Assembly (NCBI GenBank): GCA_036676495.1
Contig: JAKFCT010000057.1
Span: 1-55,485 of the forward strand
DNA from: Candidatus Sericytochromatia bacterium
GTDB lineage: Bacteria; Cyanobacteriota; Sericytochromatia; S15B-MN24; UBA4093
DNA length: 55,485 nucleotides
Direction: 5' to 3'
Below are positions 29,831 to 37,678 of this stretch, one piece after another. Numbering within the stretch: the stretch's first letter is position 1; each line of letters opens with the position of its first letter. The notes under the pieces were generated by a model. It saw only the letters and a list, made by a program, of their open reading frames with translations, had not been told where the DNA came from and searched no databases. The position numbers and the translations under genes are program-made.

Positions 29831-29912
29831 AAAAAGGTCCCCGTCTTGCGACGGGGACCGGAGGGGCTGATTGACCGTCCTCGCTTCCACTCGTTTCAGG
29901 TCTCACCTCTCT
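29831..29912 (-). ncRNA. Putative ncRNA E1
   Basis: Box 29948-29964, -10 TACCTT 29919-29924, TGAGACC-N18-GGACGG, GGTCCCCGTC-GCAA-GACGGGGACC-T5 terminator. Confidence 0.65.
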
Positions 29913-29947
29913 ACCTTTAAGGTAGCGGATCAGGGCCACATGCTCCA

Positions 29948-29964
29948 TCCGTAGTTGTTACTGA
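29948..29964. promoter_or_regulatory. Palindromic TCCGTA-N5-TACGGA box (E1)
   Basis: TCCGTA GTTGT TACTGA, 23 bp from -10. Confidence 0.65.
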
Positions 29965-30021
29965 AACTTTGCGGGCGGCTTTGCGGGTTTTTCATGCCTG
30001 AAAGCCGCTTTTCGTGGTCCC

Positions 30022-30156
30022 GGAGAAGGCGCCGGCCCCCGCTGAAACAGCGGGGGCCGCGTTGGTGAATATTCGGTTGGTTTCGACCAGTGGCTGATTC
30101 ATGGTGACGGGTGGGGGCCCGTCCAGTGAACGCTCCTTTCGGGTCTCAACGCTGAC
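30022..30156 (-). ncRNA. Putative ncRNA E2
   Basis: Box 30192-30208, -10 TACGGT 30163-30168, TGAGACC-N17-GGACGG, GGCCCCCGCTG/CAGCGGGGGCC hairpin. Confidence 0.55.
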
Positions 30157-30191
30157 GAACCTACCGTACCTCCGTCCGGTCACGGCGGCTA

Positions 30192-30208
30192 TCCGGAGAG
30201 AGTACTGA
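30192..30208. promoter_or_regulatory. Palindromic box (E2)
   Basis: TCCGGA GAGAG TACTGA, 23 bp from -10. Confidence 0.6.
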
Positions 30209-30251
30209 TGTTTAATCAGGCGAGCGTCACGAAGTCATGGCGGGGCGTTCG

Positions 30252-30411
30252 GGAGAAGGGTGGCCCCCGCCAGGGCTGGCGGGGGCCGGAGGGGCTGTTT
30301 GACCCGTTGAAGCGTGATGACAACGCGGCGGTGTCGATTGAGCGGCCCGGGTTACGGGTGCTGGGTGTTTGACCGTCCTCTTGGGTTCGGTTTTAGGGTC
30401 TCACCCCTCGC
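30252..30411 (-). ncRNA. Putative ncRNA E3
   Basis: Box 30446-30462, -10 TACGTT 30418-30423, TGAGACC-N18-GGACGG, GGCCCCCGCCAG/CTGGCGGGGGCC hairpin. Confidence 0.65.
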
Positions 30412-30445
30412 ATGCTTAACGTACCACCGCGGCGCGATCCAGGCA

Positions 30446-30462
30446 TCCGCACGGACTACGGA
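30446..30462. promoter_or_regulatory. Palindromic box (E3)
   Basis: TCCGCA CGGAC TACGGA, 22 bp from -10. Confidence 0.65.
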
Positions 30463-30481
30463 ACTTGCGAGCGTGCCGGGA

Positions 30482-30916
30482 TCAGGTGCCGCCCAGCCTT
30501 GCGAGCAGCCAGTAGACGGCGCCGAGGGCGAGGAGAGCGACGGCGAGGGTCAGCATGGCGTTGCGCATGTTTCGGGCCCATGGTCGGGGCGTCAGCACCA
30601 TGGTTTTCGGGCTGGCGACCCAGCGGATCACCTTCCCGGCGTCGTTCTGGACGGGGAAGAAGCCGGCGACCGTGCCGTATCGCGGGTAGCGCCCATCCTT
30701 TCGCTGGATGACGACGGGCTGCTCGTCGCTGGCGAAGTGCTGATCCCCACGGTAGGTGGCGGGGACGGGGAGGATGACGTAGGGGAAGCCCTGGGATTTC
30801 GGTTCTTCCGGGAAGCGGAAGCGCGCTCCGACGGGAAGGGAGCCGAGGGGGAGGGTTCGGGTCAGCATGGGAGGCCTCATCGGAGCGGGCGTCTGGGGCG
30901 CGGGTCGCGCGTCCAT
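30482..30916 (-). CDS. Hypothetical protein with C-terminal membrane anchor
   Basis: 144 aa; beta-rich core and C-terminal TM; lies between E3 and E4. Confidence 0.65.
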   Translation of the reverse strand: MDARPAPQTPAPMRPPMLTRTLPLGSLPVGARFRFPEEPKSQGFPYVILPVPATYRGDQHFASDEQPVVIQRKDGRYPRYGTVAGFFPVQNDAGKVIRWVASPKTMVLTPRPWARNMRNAMLTLAVALLALGAVYWLLARLGGT

Positions 30917-30928
30917 GCTCATCCTAGC

Positions 30929-31067
30929 AAAAAAGTCCCCCGCCGGGATCGGCGGGGGAGCATGAGGCGTATCGACCTTCTTTAACCTTAGTAAGGCTAC
31001 GTGGCGGGGCTCCCAGGTGGGTGCTTTACCGTCCTCAGAGTCACTGATTGAAGGTCTCAGCTCTCTC
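30929..31067 (-). ncRNA. Putative ncRNA E4
   Basis: Box 31102-31118, -10 TATGAT 31074-31079, TGAGACC-N18-GGACGG, TCCCCCGCCG/CGGCGGGGGA-T6 terminator. Confidence 0.65.
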
Positions 31068-31101
31068 CCTTTCATCATACCCACGCTTTTTGGGGCAACA
31101 C

Positions 31102-31118
31102 CCCGTGGAATCTACGGA
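31102..31118. promoter_or_regulatory. Palindromic box (E4)
   Basis: CCCGTG GAATC TACGGA, 22 bp from -10. Confidence 0.55.
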
Positions 31119-31359
31119 TCTTTGCCGGAGGTGCGAGGCCGATTCCCGTCGGGGCTGAATCGAGGGATATGGCGGGATTTTCGCGCGGATGCGCGCCAGG
31201 CCGGCCCGATTGGCCGCATCGGGGCGAAATCCCCGAGGATTCTCACCTCGAGAGGATCCTATGGTTTGATTCGCTGAAATCGACAGACAATATTGTCCAT
31301 TGCTTCTCGGCGCGAGACTTGTTACCCTTTTTGATAGAGACGTGTTAGAGGAGGGGAAA

Positions 31360-31716
31360 ATGCCTCGAGTCAAAAGTGTTGCTACCATTGAAAAGCCGGT
31401 TTCGGGCTCCCCTAAGGGGCGCCGGGCCAAAGCGTTTGAGACCGGCGAGGCGGTCGTCACCCAGCGTCGGCCCCGTCGTTCGCCCTATGACGTGGTCAAG
31501 GAGCTCAAGGCGCGGCGTGAGGAGCTGGCCCAGACCTACCAAGCGCGTCTCGCCAAGCTCGATCTTCGCATCGAGCGTTTGGAGGCCCGCTACGAAAAAA
31601 AGATCATGGTGACCCAGTTGCTCAACACCCGGACGCCTGAGGAGCTGGAGCGCGAGCTGGCCGCGGTCAAGAAGCAGCAAGCGATCCTCAAGAAAGCCCT
31701 CAAAACCCAACGGTAA
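31360..31716 (+). CDS. Basic coiled-coil hypothetical protein
   Basis: GAGGAGGGG RBS; Lys/Arg-rich N-terminus, heptad-rich C-terminus; hairpin follows at 31734-31765. Confidence 0.7.
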   Translation: MPRVKSVATIEKPVSGSPKGRRAKAFETGEAVVTQRRPRRSPYDVVKELKARREELAQTYQARLAKLDLRIERLEARYEKKIMVTQLLNTRTPEELERELAAVKKQQAILKKALKTQR

Positions 31717-31859
31717 CGGCCTTCCGACGCGTCGAGGCCCGCCGGCTCTTTAGCCGGCGGGCCTTCGGCTTGAAGGGCTTGGCGTCCGAGCGTTGATATT
31801 GCTTCATTAATCGCGGGTAAGGTAGGCATGGCAGTCCCGGAAGTGATGCGGGGGAACGG

Positions 31860-32231
31860 ATCATCAGGATTCTGGTCGTCGATGACTCGCGCTTCGCGCG
31901 GGAACTGGCAGTTGAGATCATCACGGAGCAAGGCTGGAGCGTGGTCGCGGAGGCCCAGAACGGCTATGAGGCGATCGCCAAGTACCGCCAGTACCTCCCG
32001 GACCTCGTCGTGATGGATATCAACACCCCGGAGATGGACGGCCTCTCCGCCCTGCAAGAAATCAAGCAGCAGTTTCCGGACGCCAAGGTCCTCATGTGCA
32101 CGGCTCTCGGCACCACGGATAACCTCAAATCCGCCCTGGCCCTGGGCGCGGCCGATTTTGTGGTCAAGCCCTTCCTCAAAGAGCGCCTGGTCATGGCCAT
32201 CCAGCGCATCCACCGTCAGCGGAGCCACTAG
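31860..32231 (+). CDS. Single-domain CheY-like response regulator lacking a canonical in-frame start
   Basis: IRILVVDDS.., PDLVVMDINTPEMDG, CTA, DFVVKPF; frame closed by TAA at 31818 with no ATG/GTG/TTG before the domain. Confidence 0.8.
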   Translation: MIRILVVDDSRFARELAVEIITEQGWSVVAEAQNGYEAIAKYRQYLPDLVVMDINTPEMDGLSALQEIKQQFPDAKVLMCTALGTTDNLKSALALGAADFVVKPFLKERLVMAIQRIHRQRSH

Positions 32232-32462
32232 CGCCACGAAAAAACCGCCGACAGACTTTCATCTGCCGGCGGCGGTTGGATTTTCACCAACTGAGATCTT
32301 TACCGTCCATCAGGATTGTGAAAGACCTCGCCCTCAACTCTATCTCCACCCCCTCAATCCGCAACAAGCCACGAAGCGTTTTCTTGGCGGCGACCTCCGC
32401 CTCCTTGGCGACTCCGGGAGGCTTCCGGCATAAGATGAGCCCGGGTCCGGAAGGAGGGGCAC

Positions 32463-32633
32463 ATGGAATGGCTGGCGGGATTGGCGGGGCTTTGGCTCTT
32501 CTTTCAGTGGGTTTTGCCCATCGCGGTGCTGCTCGTGATCGCGTTTTTCGCCTACCGCTGGGCGCAGCGCCGGAACGCGCAGTTCACGTCGAGCGCGCCG
32601 CCGCCGCGGCGGGATCGCGACGATCGCCTCTGA
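32463..32633 (+). CDS. Small membrane protein (56 aa, not in ORF track)
   Basis: AAGGAGGGG RBS; MEWLAGLAGLWLFFQWVLPIAVLLVIAFFAYRWAQRRNAQ.. Confidence 0.7.
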   Translation: MEWLAGLAGLWLFFQWVLPIAVLLVIAFFAYRWAQRRNAQFTSSAPPPRRDRDDRL

Positions 32634-32689
32634 GCGCGGGCGCGCCGCTGGGCCTGCCGCGGAACCCTCGCATGCCGTAGAATGGGCGC

Positions 32690-33067
32690 ATGACCATTCA
32701 TTACCTGCACACCAAGCTTCAAGTGAGCGACCTCGACGTCGCCATTCGCTTCTACGAGAACGCTTTCGGCTATGCGCTGCGCAGCCGGCGTCCCGGCCCC
32801 CAGGACAGCGAGATCGCCTTCATGCGCCTCCCCGACGAGGCCACCGAAATTCAGCTCTGCCGCTATCCGGAAGAGGATGTCGTCGTCCCCGAGCGGCTCA
32901 TGCACCTGGCCTTTCGCGTGGACGACCTGGACGCGGTCCTCTCGGGGGCGCTGGCGGCCGGGGCCTCCCTCACCTCCGAGCCCTACACGCTGCCTTCGGG
33001 CTCGCGCGTGGCCTTCATCCGGGATCCTCAGGGGTACGATATCGAGCTGATCCAGAAACCCGAGTAA
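32690..33067 (+). CDS. VOC family / lactoylglutathione lyase-like protein
   Basis: YLHTKLQVSDL..FY, HLAFRVDD, FIRDPQGYDIELI; TAGAAT 6 nt before ATG (possibly leaderless). Confidence 0.88.
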   Translation: MTIHYLHTKLQVSDLDVAIRFYENAFGYALRSRRPGPQDSEIAFMRLPDEATEIQLCRYPEEDVVVPERLMHLAFRVDDLDAVLSGALAAGASLTSEPYTLPSGSRVAFIRDPQGYDIELIQKPE

Positions 33068-33147
33068 TGGCGCCCGACCATCCCATGCGACCCGCCTCCG
33101 ACTTTGCTAGGATGCGGCGTACAGGGCTTCGTCCCGGGAGGTGAAGG

Positions 33148-33429
33148 ATGACGCAATCGATAGTGGTTTACTCGATGGAAGGCTGTCCGCCTTGCGCCAT
33201 GGTGAAGCAGTTCCTGACCCGCATGGGCGTGGACTTTCAGGTCAAGGACGTGAGGAAGGACGCGCAGGCGCGCGAGGAGTTCATGCGCATGGGCTTTCGC
33301 GGGACGCCGGTGACGGTGATCGACGGCCGCGCGATCGTGGGCTTCGACCAGACGCGGCTGATGGCGGCGCTTCGCGATCGTCCCGCCGCGTCACCGCCCA
33401 GGAAGCAACCCGTCAAGATCGAGTGGTGA
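33148..33429 (+). CDS. Glutaredoxin/NrdH-redoxin family protein
   Basis: CPPC, GTPV, IVGFD. Confidence 0.88.
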   Translation: MTQSIVVYSMEGCPPCAMVKQFLTRMGVDFQVKDVRKDAQAREEFMRMGFRGTPVTVIDGRAIVGFDQTRLMAALRDRPAASPPRKQPVKIEW

Positions 33430-33453
33430 CGCGCTCCGAGCCCCGCGGCGCCC

Positions 33454-33885
33454 TCAGGGCTTCTTCATGACGAGCAGGTGGAGCGGTCTGCCTTCGTCGT
33501 CCTGATCCTTGCGGGCGATTTCCGTGAACCCGCATCGCTGGTAGAAGGCGGGGGCGATCGGGTTGTCGGCGTAGACCTCGACGGTCAAAGGCCCCTTGAG
33601 CTGGTGGGCATGCGCGATCAGCGCTCGGCCGATCCCTTTGCCGTGCGCGTCCGGAGCGACGAAGAGCCCTCCGATGAAGCTGTCGAGGAGGCCGATGAAG
33701 CCGACGACGCGCCCCTCGTCCACCGCCAACCAGGTCTCCGAGTTGGGAAGGTAGACGTCGGCGACGAGCTTTTGCTGGCGCATGAGGTCGTCGTGGGGAA
33801 GAAACGGATGTCCGACTTTCGAAGCCTCGAGCCAGATCGTCAGGACGACGGCTTGATCGGATTTTTCATAGGGTCGAATCTGCAT
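33454..33885 (-). CDS. GNAT acetyltransferase (YjaB/YhbS-like)
   Basis: HPFL, LFVAP..HGKGIGRAL, FYQRCGF. Confidence 0.9.
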   Translation of the reverse strand: MQIRPYEKSDQAVVLTIWLEASKVGHPFLPHDDLMRQQKLVADVYLPNSETWLAVDEGRVVGFIGLLDSFIGGLFVAPDAHGKGIGRALIAHAHQLKGPLTVEVYADNPIAPAFYQRCGFTEIARKDQDDEGRPLHLLVMKKP

Positions 33886-34076
33886 GGGGTTCCTCGATAC
33901 GCCGGGGACTTGGCATGGGACGACGGCCACTTCTCCTGAGAGTCATTCTCCAATACCGGGGGCAAGGGCCTTCCGTCAAGCATGGGGGCGCTCCAAACGC
34001 CCCCATGACCGCTCCATCCCTTGCTAGAACGTGGCATAATCCATCAAGAGCCCCCATGACCCGTGAGGAGACTGCC

Positions 34077-34562
34077 GTGAGTAATCGTTATCCGGAAGAG
34101 GGACGCGCGAAGCCCGAGTGGGAGAAGATCCGGCGCGAGGTCCCCGAGTTCGTCGAGGACGTCGTGGCAGCGGCCGTTCGGGGCTACCGGAAGGGAAAGC
34201 AGAGGGATGGAGTCTCTCCTCCTCCCGCCGCGGAAGCCGTCGTCATTTCCGGTGAGCGCGAGGTGACGATTCCCGTCGAGCCGCGCGATAACTCGCGACA
34301 GGACGTCGTATCCGTCCTGCCGCGCCGCAGCCCCGCCACCTTGATCATTTTGGTCGCCGCGTTGCTGGTCGCCGCCCTGGTCCTTTCGCTGGCCTTCAAC
34401 GTGATCGGCTTCGTCTTCACGCTCTTGAGCGTGGTCTTCGGCTTCCTCTCGGGGCTCTTCAAGGTGCTGGCCGGCTTGAAAGGACTCGCCATGGCGGTGT
34501 TCTTCCCCGTGGCGGTCATTGCGATCGTGCTGTTCGTCGTGGGGCGTTTCCAGCGGCGCTAG
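34077..34562 (+). CDS. Hypothetical membrane protein
   Basis: GAGGAG RBS, GTG start; C-terminal TM helices. Confidence 0.65.
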   Translation: MSNRYPEEGRAKPEWEKIRREVPEFVEDVVAAAVRGYRKGKQRDGVSPPPAAEAVVISGEREVTIPVEPRDNSRQDVVSVLPRRSPATLIILVAALLVAALVLSLAFNVIGFVFTLLSVVFGFLSGLFKVLAGLKGLAMAVFFPVAVIAIVLFVVGRFQRR

Positions 34563-34831
34563 ACGGGGAGCGCGTAGCTCGAATTGCCTTTGTCCGTTTC
34601 CTTGGCCGAACGTTTGCGGAAGGCCATCAGCAGGGACTCCACCTGCCAGAAGAGGTACTTCCGGCGCTTCTCGATCACGAAATGGACGAGTTCGTAGCCT
34701 TTCGCCGCCATTTGATTCGCGGCCTCCTCGCAGCTCGTCTCCCGGATGAAACTCGCGCCGAGCAGCAACGTGCCGAGGAAGCCTTCTTCGACCCGGACGA
34801 ACTTGTAGGGGCCGGTTCCGTGGTTGATCAT
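34559..34831 (-). CDS. DUF4177-like protein
   Basis: YKFVRVEEGFLGTLLLGAS..N..A.KGYELV..E.RR. Confidence 0.65.
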   Translation of the reverse strand: MINHGTGPYKFVRVEEGFLGTLLLGASFIRETSCEEAANQMAAKGYELVHFVIEKRRKYLFWQVESLLMAFRKRSAKETDKGNSSYALPV

Positions 34832-34902
34832 GGTGCGCTCACTCTCTTTGTGACCCGAATCGCCTTGCGTGCATGGACGTCACGAGCCTTATACCCGAGC
34901 AG

Positions 34903-34920
34903 CGAGCAGCCGTTAGCAAC
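34903..34920 (+). repeat. 18-bp direct repeat copy 1
   Basis: CGAGCAGCCGTTAGCAAC, identical at 37124-37141. Confidence 0.8.
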
Positions 34921-34976
34921 TTTCCCTCGTCCAGGCACGAACCCGCCGGCGATTGAACCGGCGGGTTTCTCATTGG

Positions 34977-35360
34977 TCAAAGCGTCCCTTGATAGAGGGC
35001 GTATCCCACCCAGAGCGCGAGCAAGACCCAAACGACGATGATCAGCCCTCCGACAATCCAGTTCCTGGGCTTTTCGTTTCCCAGCCGGGCCGCCGCTTTT
35101 TCCCGGCAATCCATGAGGACGGGCTGCGGAATCAGCTTGAGCAGGAGGAAGACGCCGAGGGGCACGAGGATCAGGTCATCGAGGTAGCCCAGCACGGGAA
35201 TGAAGTCGGGAATCAAGTCGATGGGGCTGAACGCGTAGGCGACGAGGCCGATCGTCAGGAGCCGGACCACCCAGGGGACGCGCGGATCCTGGTAGGCGAA
35301 GTACAGGGCGTACACGTCTTGTTTGAGCTCCCGGGCCCAGCGCTTCAGGGATTGCAACAT
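34977..35360 (-). CDS. YkvA/DUF1232 family protein
   Basis: YAFSPIDLIPDFIPVLGYLDD. Confidence 0.92.
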   Translation of the reverse strand: MLQSLKRWARELKQDVYALYFAYQDPRVPWVVRLLTIGLVAYAFSPIDLIPDFIPVLGYLDDLILVPLGVFLLLKLIPQPVLMDCREKAAARLGNEKPRNWIVGGLIIVVWVLLALWVGYALYQGTL

Positions 35361-35376
35361 CGCTTCTCCAGGGAAA

Positions 35377-36150
35377 TTAGCCGCCGGTGGAGACCTGCCA
35401 GACCATGGAGGCCGCAGAGAGGTCGATGAGGGCATGAACCGCCATGAGGTAGGGCAGCAGCCGGGGCCGCCAGCGCAGGACGAAGCCGAGCAGCAGGGCG
35501 AAGGGAATGAACATCCCCAGCCGCCACAGGATGAAGCGCGGATCCGGGATCAAGGGCAGGGTCACATGCTGGGCGGCCAGGACGAAGGCCGGAAGTATCA
35601 CGGGCCATCCGTACCCGGGGCGGCCGGCGGCCAGACGGGGCATGACGTAGCCGAAGTAGAAGGGGAGTTCGGCAAACGCGATGGTGAGCGGGAAGAGCAC
35701 CATGGCCATGAGCGCGACGGCAACGGGCAAGGGCTGCGCGAACATCGCGACCGGGGCCATGGGATCGCCGAAGAGGAGCTGCGCCAAGCCGATATTGGGC
35801 AGCATGGCGGCAGGGGCTGCGGCAATTAGGACTCCGAGCACGGTCAAGAGATCCCGCGTCACGTGCTGCCGGTCGAACACGGCGCCGATCAACTGCCAGT
35901 AACTGACGCCCTCACGGGCCGCTTGGCGGCGCAGGTACGCAATGGTGACGAGGTTGGTCAACGTCACGGAGACAGGCCACCAGGCTGCCGAGGCCGACCA
36001 CGGTGCGGAGTGGCCCATCACCAGGTACCCCACCGCGATCAGGGCCTGCCAGATGAGAAAAAGAACGAGTCGGTGAGCCAGCACCAAGCCGGCTTCGGTT
36101 CCCTTCACCTGAATCTGCTGCCCTGCGTGGCTGTCATGCGCTTGTATCAC
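35377..36150 (-). CDS. CPBP (Abi-like) intramembrane metalloprotease-like protein
   Basis: Multi-TM; AELPFYFGY, AAQH, MAVHALID. Confidence 0.6.
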   Translation of the reverse strand: MIQAHDSHAGQQIQVKGTEAGLVLAHRLVLFLIWQALIAVGYLVMGHSAPWSASAAWWPVSVTLTNLVTIAYLRRQAAREGVSYWQLIGAVFDRQHVTRDLLTVLGVLIAAAPAAMLPNIGLAQLLFGDPMAPVAMFAQPLPVAVALMAMVLFPLTIAFAELPFYFGYVMPRLAAGRPGYGWPVILPAFVLAAQHVTLPLIPDPRFILWRLGMFIPFALLLGFVLRWRPRLLPYLMAVHALIDLSAASMVWQVSTGG

Positions 36151-36495
36151 GGATATCCCCTGAGTGTGTCGAATGCGGCTAAACGTGCTATTTCAGCATA
36201 CCCTGCCGCGAATAAGGCAGGCAATTGCTCAGTTTCAGGGTGGCAAGGGTTTCTATCTGAGTAAGTGTCGTCCGCTGGCAAATCTGACCCGAGGGGGTAG
36301 ACGAAGCTAATCGCAGGCTGGCTTTTCGAGATGATGTAGTCCTTGGTCTGCTGCCCTAAACATTGGGCGTTACAAATCCTGCAACTTGTTGAATGATGAC
36401 ACTAGGGATATCACTACCAAGACAAAGGGGAGACCATTCTCTTGATTGCCGCAACACCCCCAACCCCCTCACTCCCCTCATCCTTGGATCCGCTC

Positions 36496-37137
36496 ATGGA
36501 CTTAATCACGGGCCTTTTTTGGCTGGTCATCCTCCTGGGAATCGGAATGATCGCCTTGAGAATCCTGAGTCGCAGGCCGGGAGTGTTAGGAAAGGTTTCA
36601 AGCATCATTCTAGAAGTGCTGGCAGAGGCGGGAGGAGGGCGCTCTCGAAAGCCTTCGTCTCGGAGAGCACTCGAGCGGGCGTATGAAAAGAGTTCAAACC
36701 TCTCATCGGAGGATTTCCCTTTCAAGGTAGACTCAAAGGCCTACTTCTTCACTAAATCTGAGGGCATTTTCTATCCCGAAATCGTGAAAGCCGCCGCAGA
36801 ACTTGAACTGTTGGTTTTTCCAAAGGTTGGCCTATGCGACATCTTCATTGACAAGCGAGGCGCCGATCGCAGTCAACATGCGCGGTACTCGCAGATGCAC
36901 GTAGACTATCTGCTGGTGCGCAGATCAGATTATTCACCCGTTGTAGGCATCGAGTTGAACGGGGCGAGCCACCTTGCCGAGAAGCAGCAATCGAACGACC
37001 GCAAGAAGAAGGCGGTTTTCGATGCGGCAGGTCTCCCGCTGGTGACCTTTTACAATCAGCCCTCTTATTCGGCGTGGGAGGTTCAGACGAAGTTGCAAGA
37101 CGTACTAGGCCTCAACTACCGTCCGAGCAGCCGTTAG
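36496..37137 (+). CDS. DUF2726 domain protein
   Basis: N-terminal TM; T.SE..FY, VFPKV.L.D, HVDYLL, IELNG.SH, D..K..VF..AGLPL. Confidence 0.8.
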   Translation: MDLITGLFWLVILLGIGMIALRILSRRPGVLGKVSSIILEVLAEAGGGRSRKPSSRRALERAYEKSSNLSSEDFPFKVDSKAYFFTKSEGIFYPEIVKAAAELELLVFPKVGLCDIFIDKRGADRSQHARYSQMHVDYLLVRRSDYSPVVGIELNGASHLAEKQQSNDRKKKAVFDAAGLPLVTFYNQPSYSAWEVQTKLQDVLGLNYRPSSR

Positions 37138-37141
37138 CAAC
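37124..37141 (+). repeat. 18-bp direct repeat copy 2
   Basis: CGAGCAGCCGTTAGCAAC overlapping the DUF2726 stop. Confidence 0.8.
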
Positions 37142-37186
37142 CTCACGGTCGGAGGGAGATCACCCGTACGCCGCATCGAAGCGCGG

Positions 37187-37266
37187 TATGGCATTCTAAG
37201 AGCATCAACCACACCACCCCTCTCTGAGCCGAGCCCGCCGGTCACACCCCGGCGGGTTTTCCCTTT
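37187..37266 (+). ncRNA. Putative small RNA, family F copy 2
   Basis: TATGGCATTCT..ACCACACCACCCCTCTC..GAGCCCGCCGGTCACACCCCGGCGGGTTTT. Confidence 0.55.
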
Positions 37267-37438
37267 GATTTGCCTAAAAAGCCCCTTTAATTGCCGACAG
37301 GCACTAAGACACTTACAGGCATTTTTTCGCCTGCTCTAGAGGCACCAGCATGGTCTGAAAGGCTTCCGTTCGATGGTCTGACCCTCGCCGAATTGCTGGG
37401 TATGAGACAAGAAGCGTCACCATCAAATGGGGGGAACG

Positions 37439-37678
37439 ATGCGGATTCTCGATAACGACACGAACAGAGCATTGGCTAACATCTCCGTCTTTCTAACCCC
37501 AGCGGATGCGAAGGAGATGATCGGGTATTTGGAGCACCTTCTCGAAGAGCCTCTTCTGCATCATGCTCACCTGAGCGACGAGGAATACAAGCGAGAGATC
37601 ACGCTCGCCGTTTACTCGGAATCGAACCTGAACGAGTTCGACGAGCGTTCCAGAAAGCTCATCATTGAAGGTCAGTAG
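37439..37678 (+). CDS. Small acidic hypothetical protein
   Basis: GGGGG RBS; 79 aa MRILDNDT.. Confidence 0.65.
   Translation: MRILDNDTNRALANISVFLTPADAKEMIGYLEHLLEEPLLHHAHLSDEEYKREITLAVYSESNLNEFDERSRKLIIEGQ

Noticed and set aside
29992-30183. 63-aa ORF across E2 and the upstream extension of the 30482 ORF to 31084
   Set aside because: They run through terminator hairpins, are not conserved among E copies and lack a clear RBS
29831-31118. CRISPR array or known riboswitch/ribozyme (TPP, c-di-GMP, hammerhead) as explanation of E units
   Set aside because: No long identical repeats or cas genes; each unit has its own promoter and terminator; diagnostic cores of those RNAs are absent by eye (Rfam not run)
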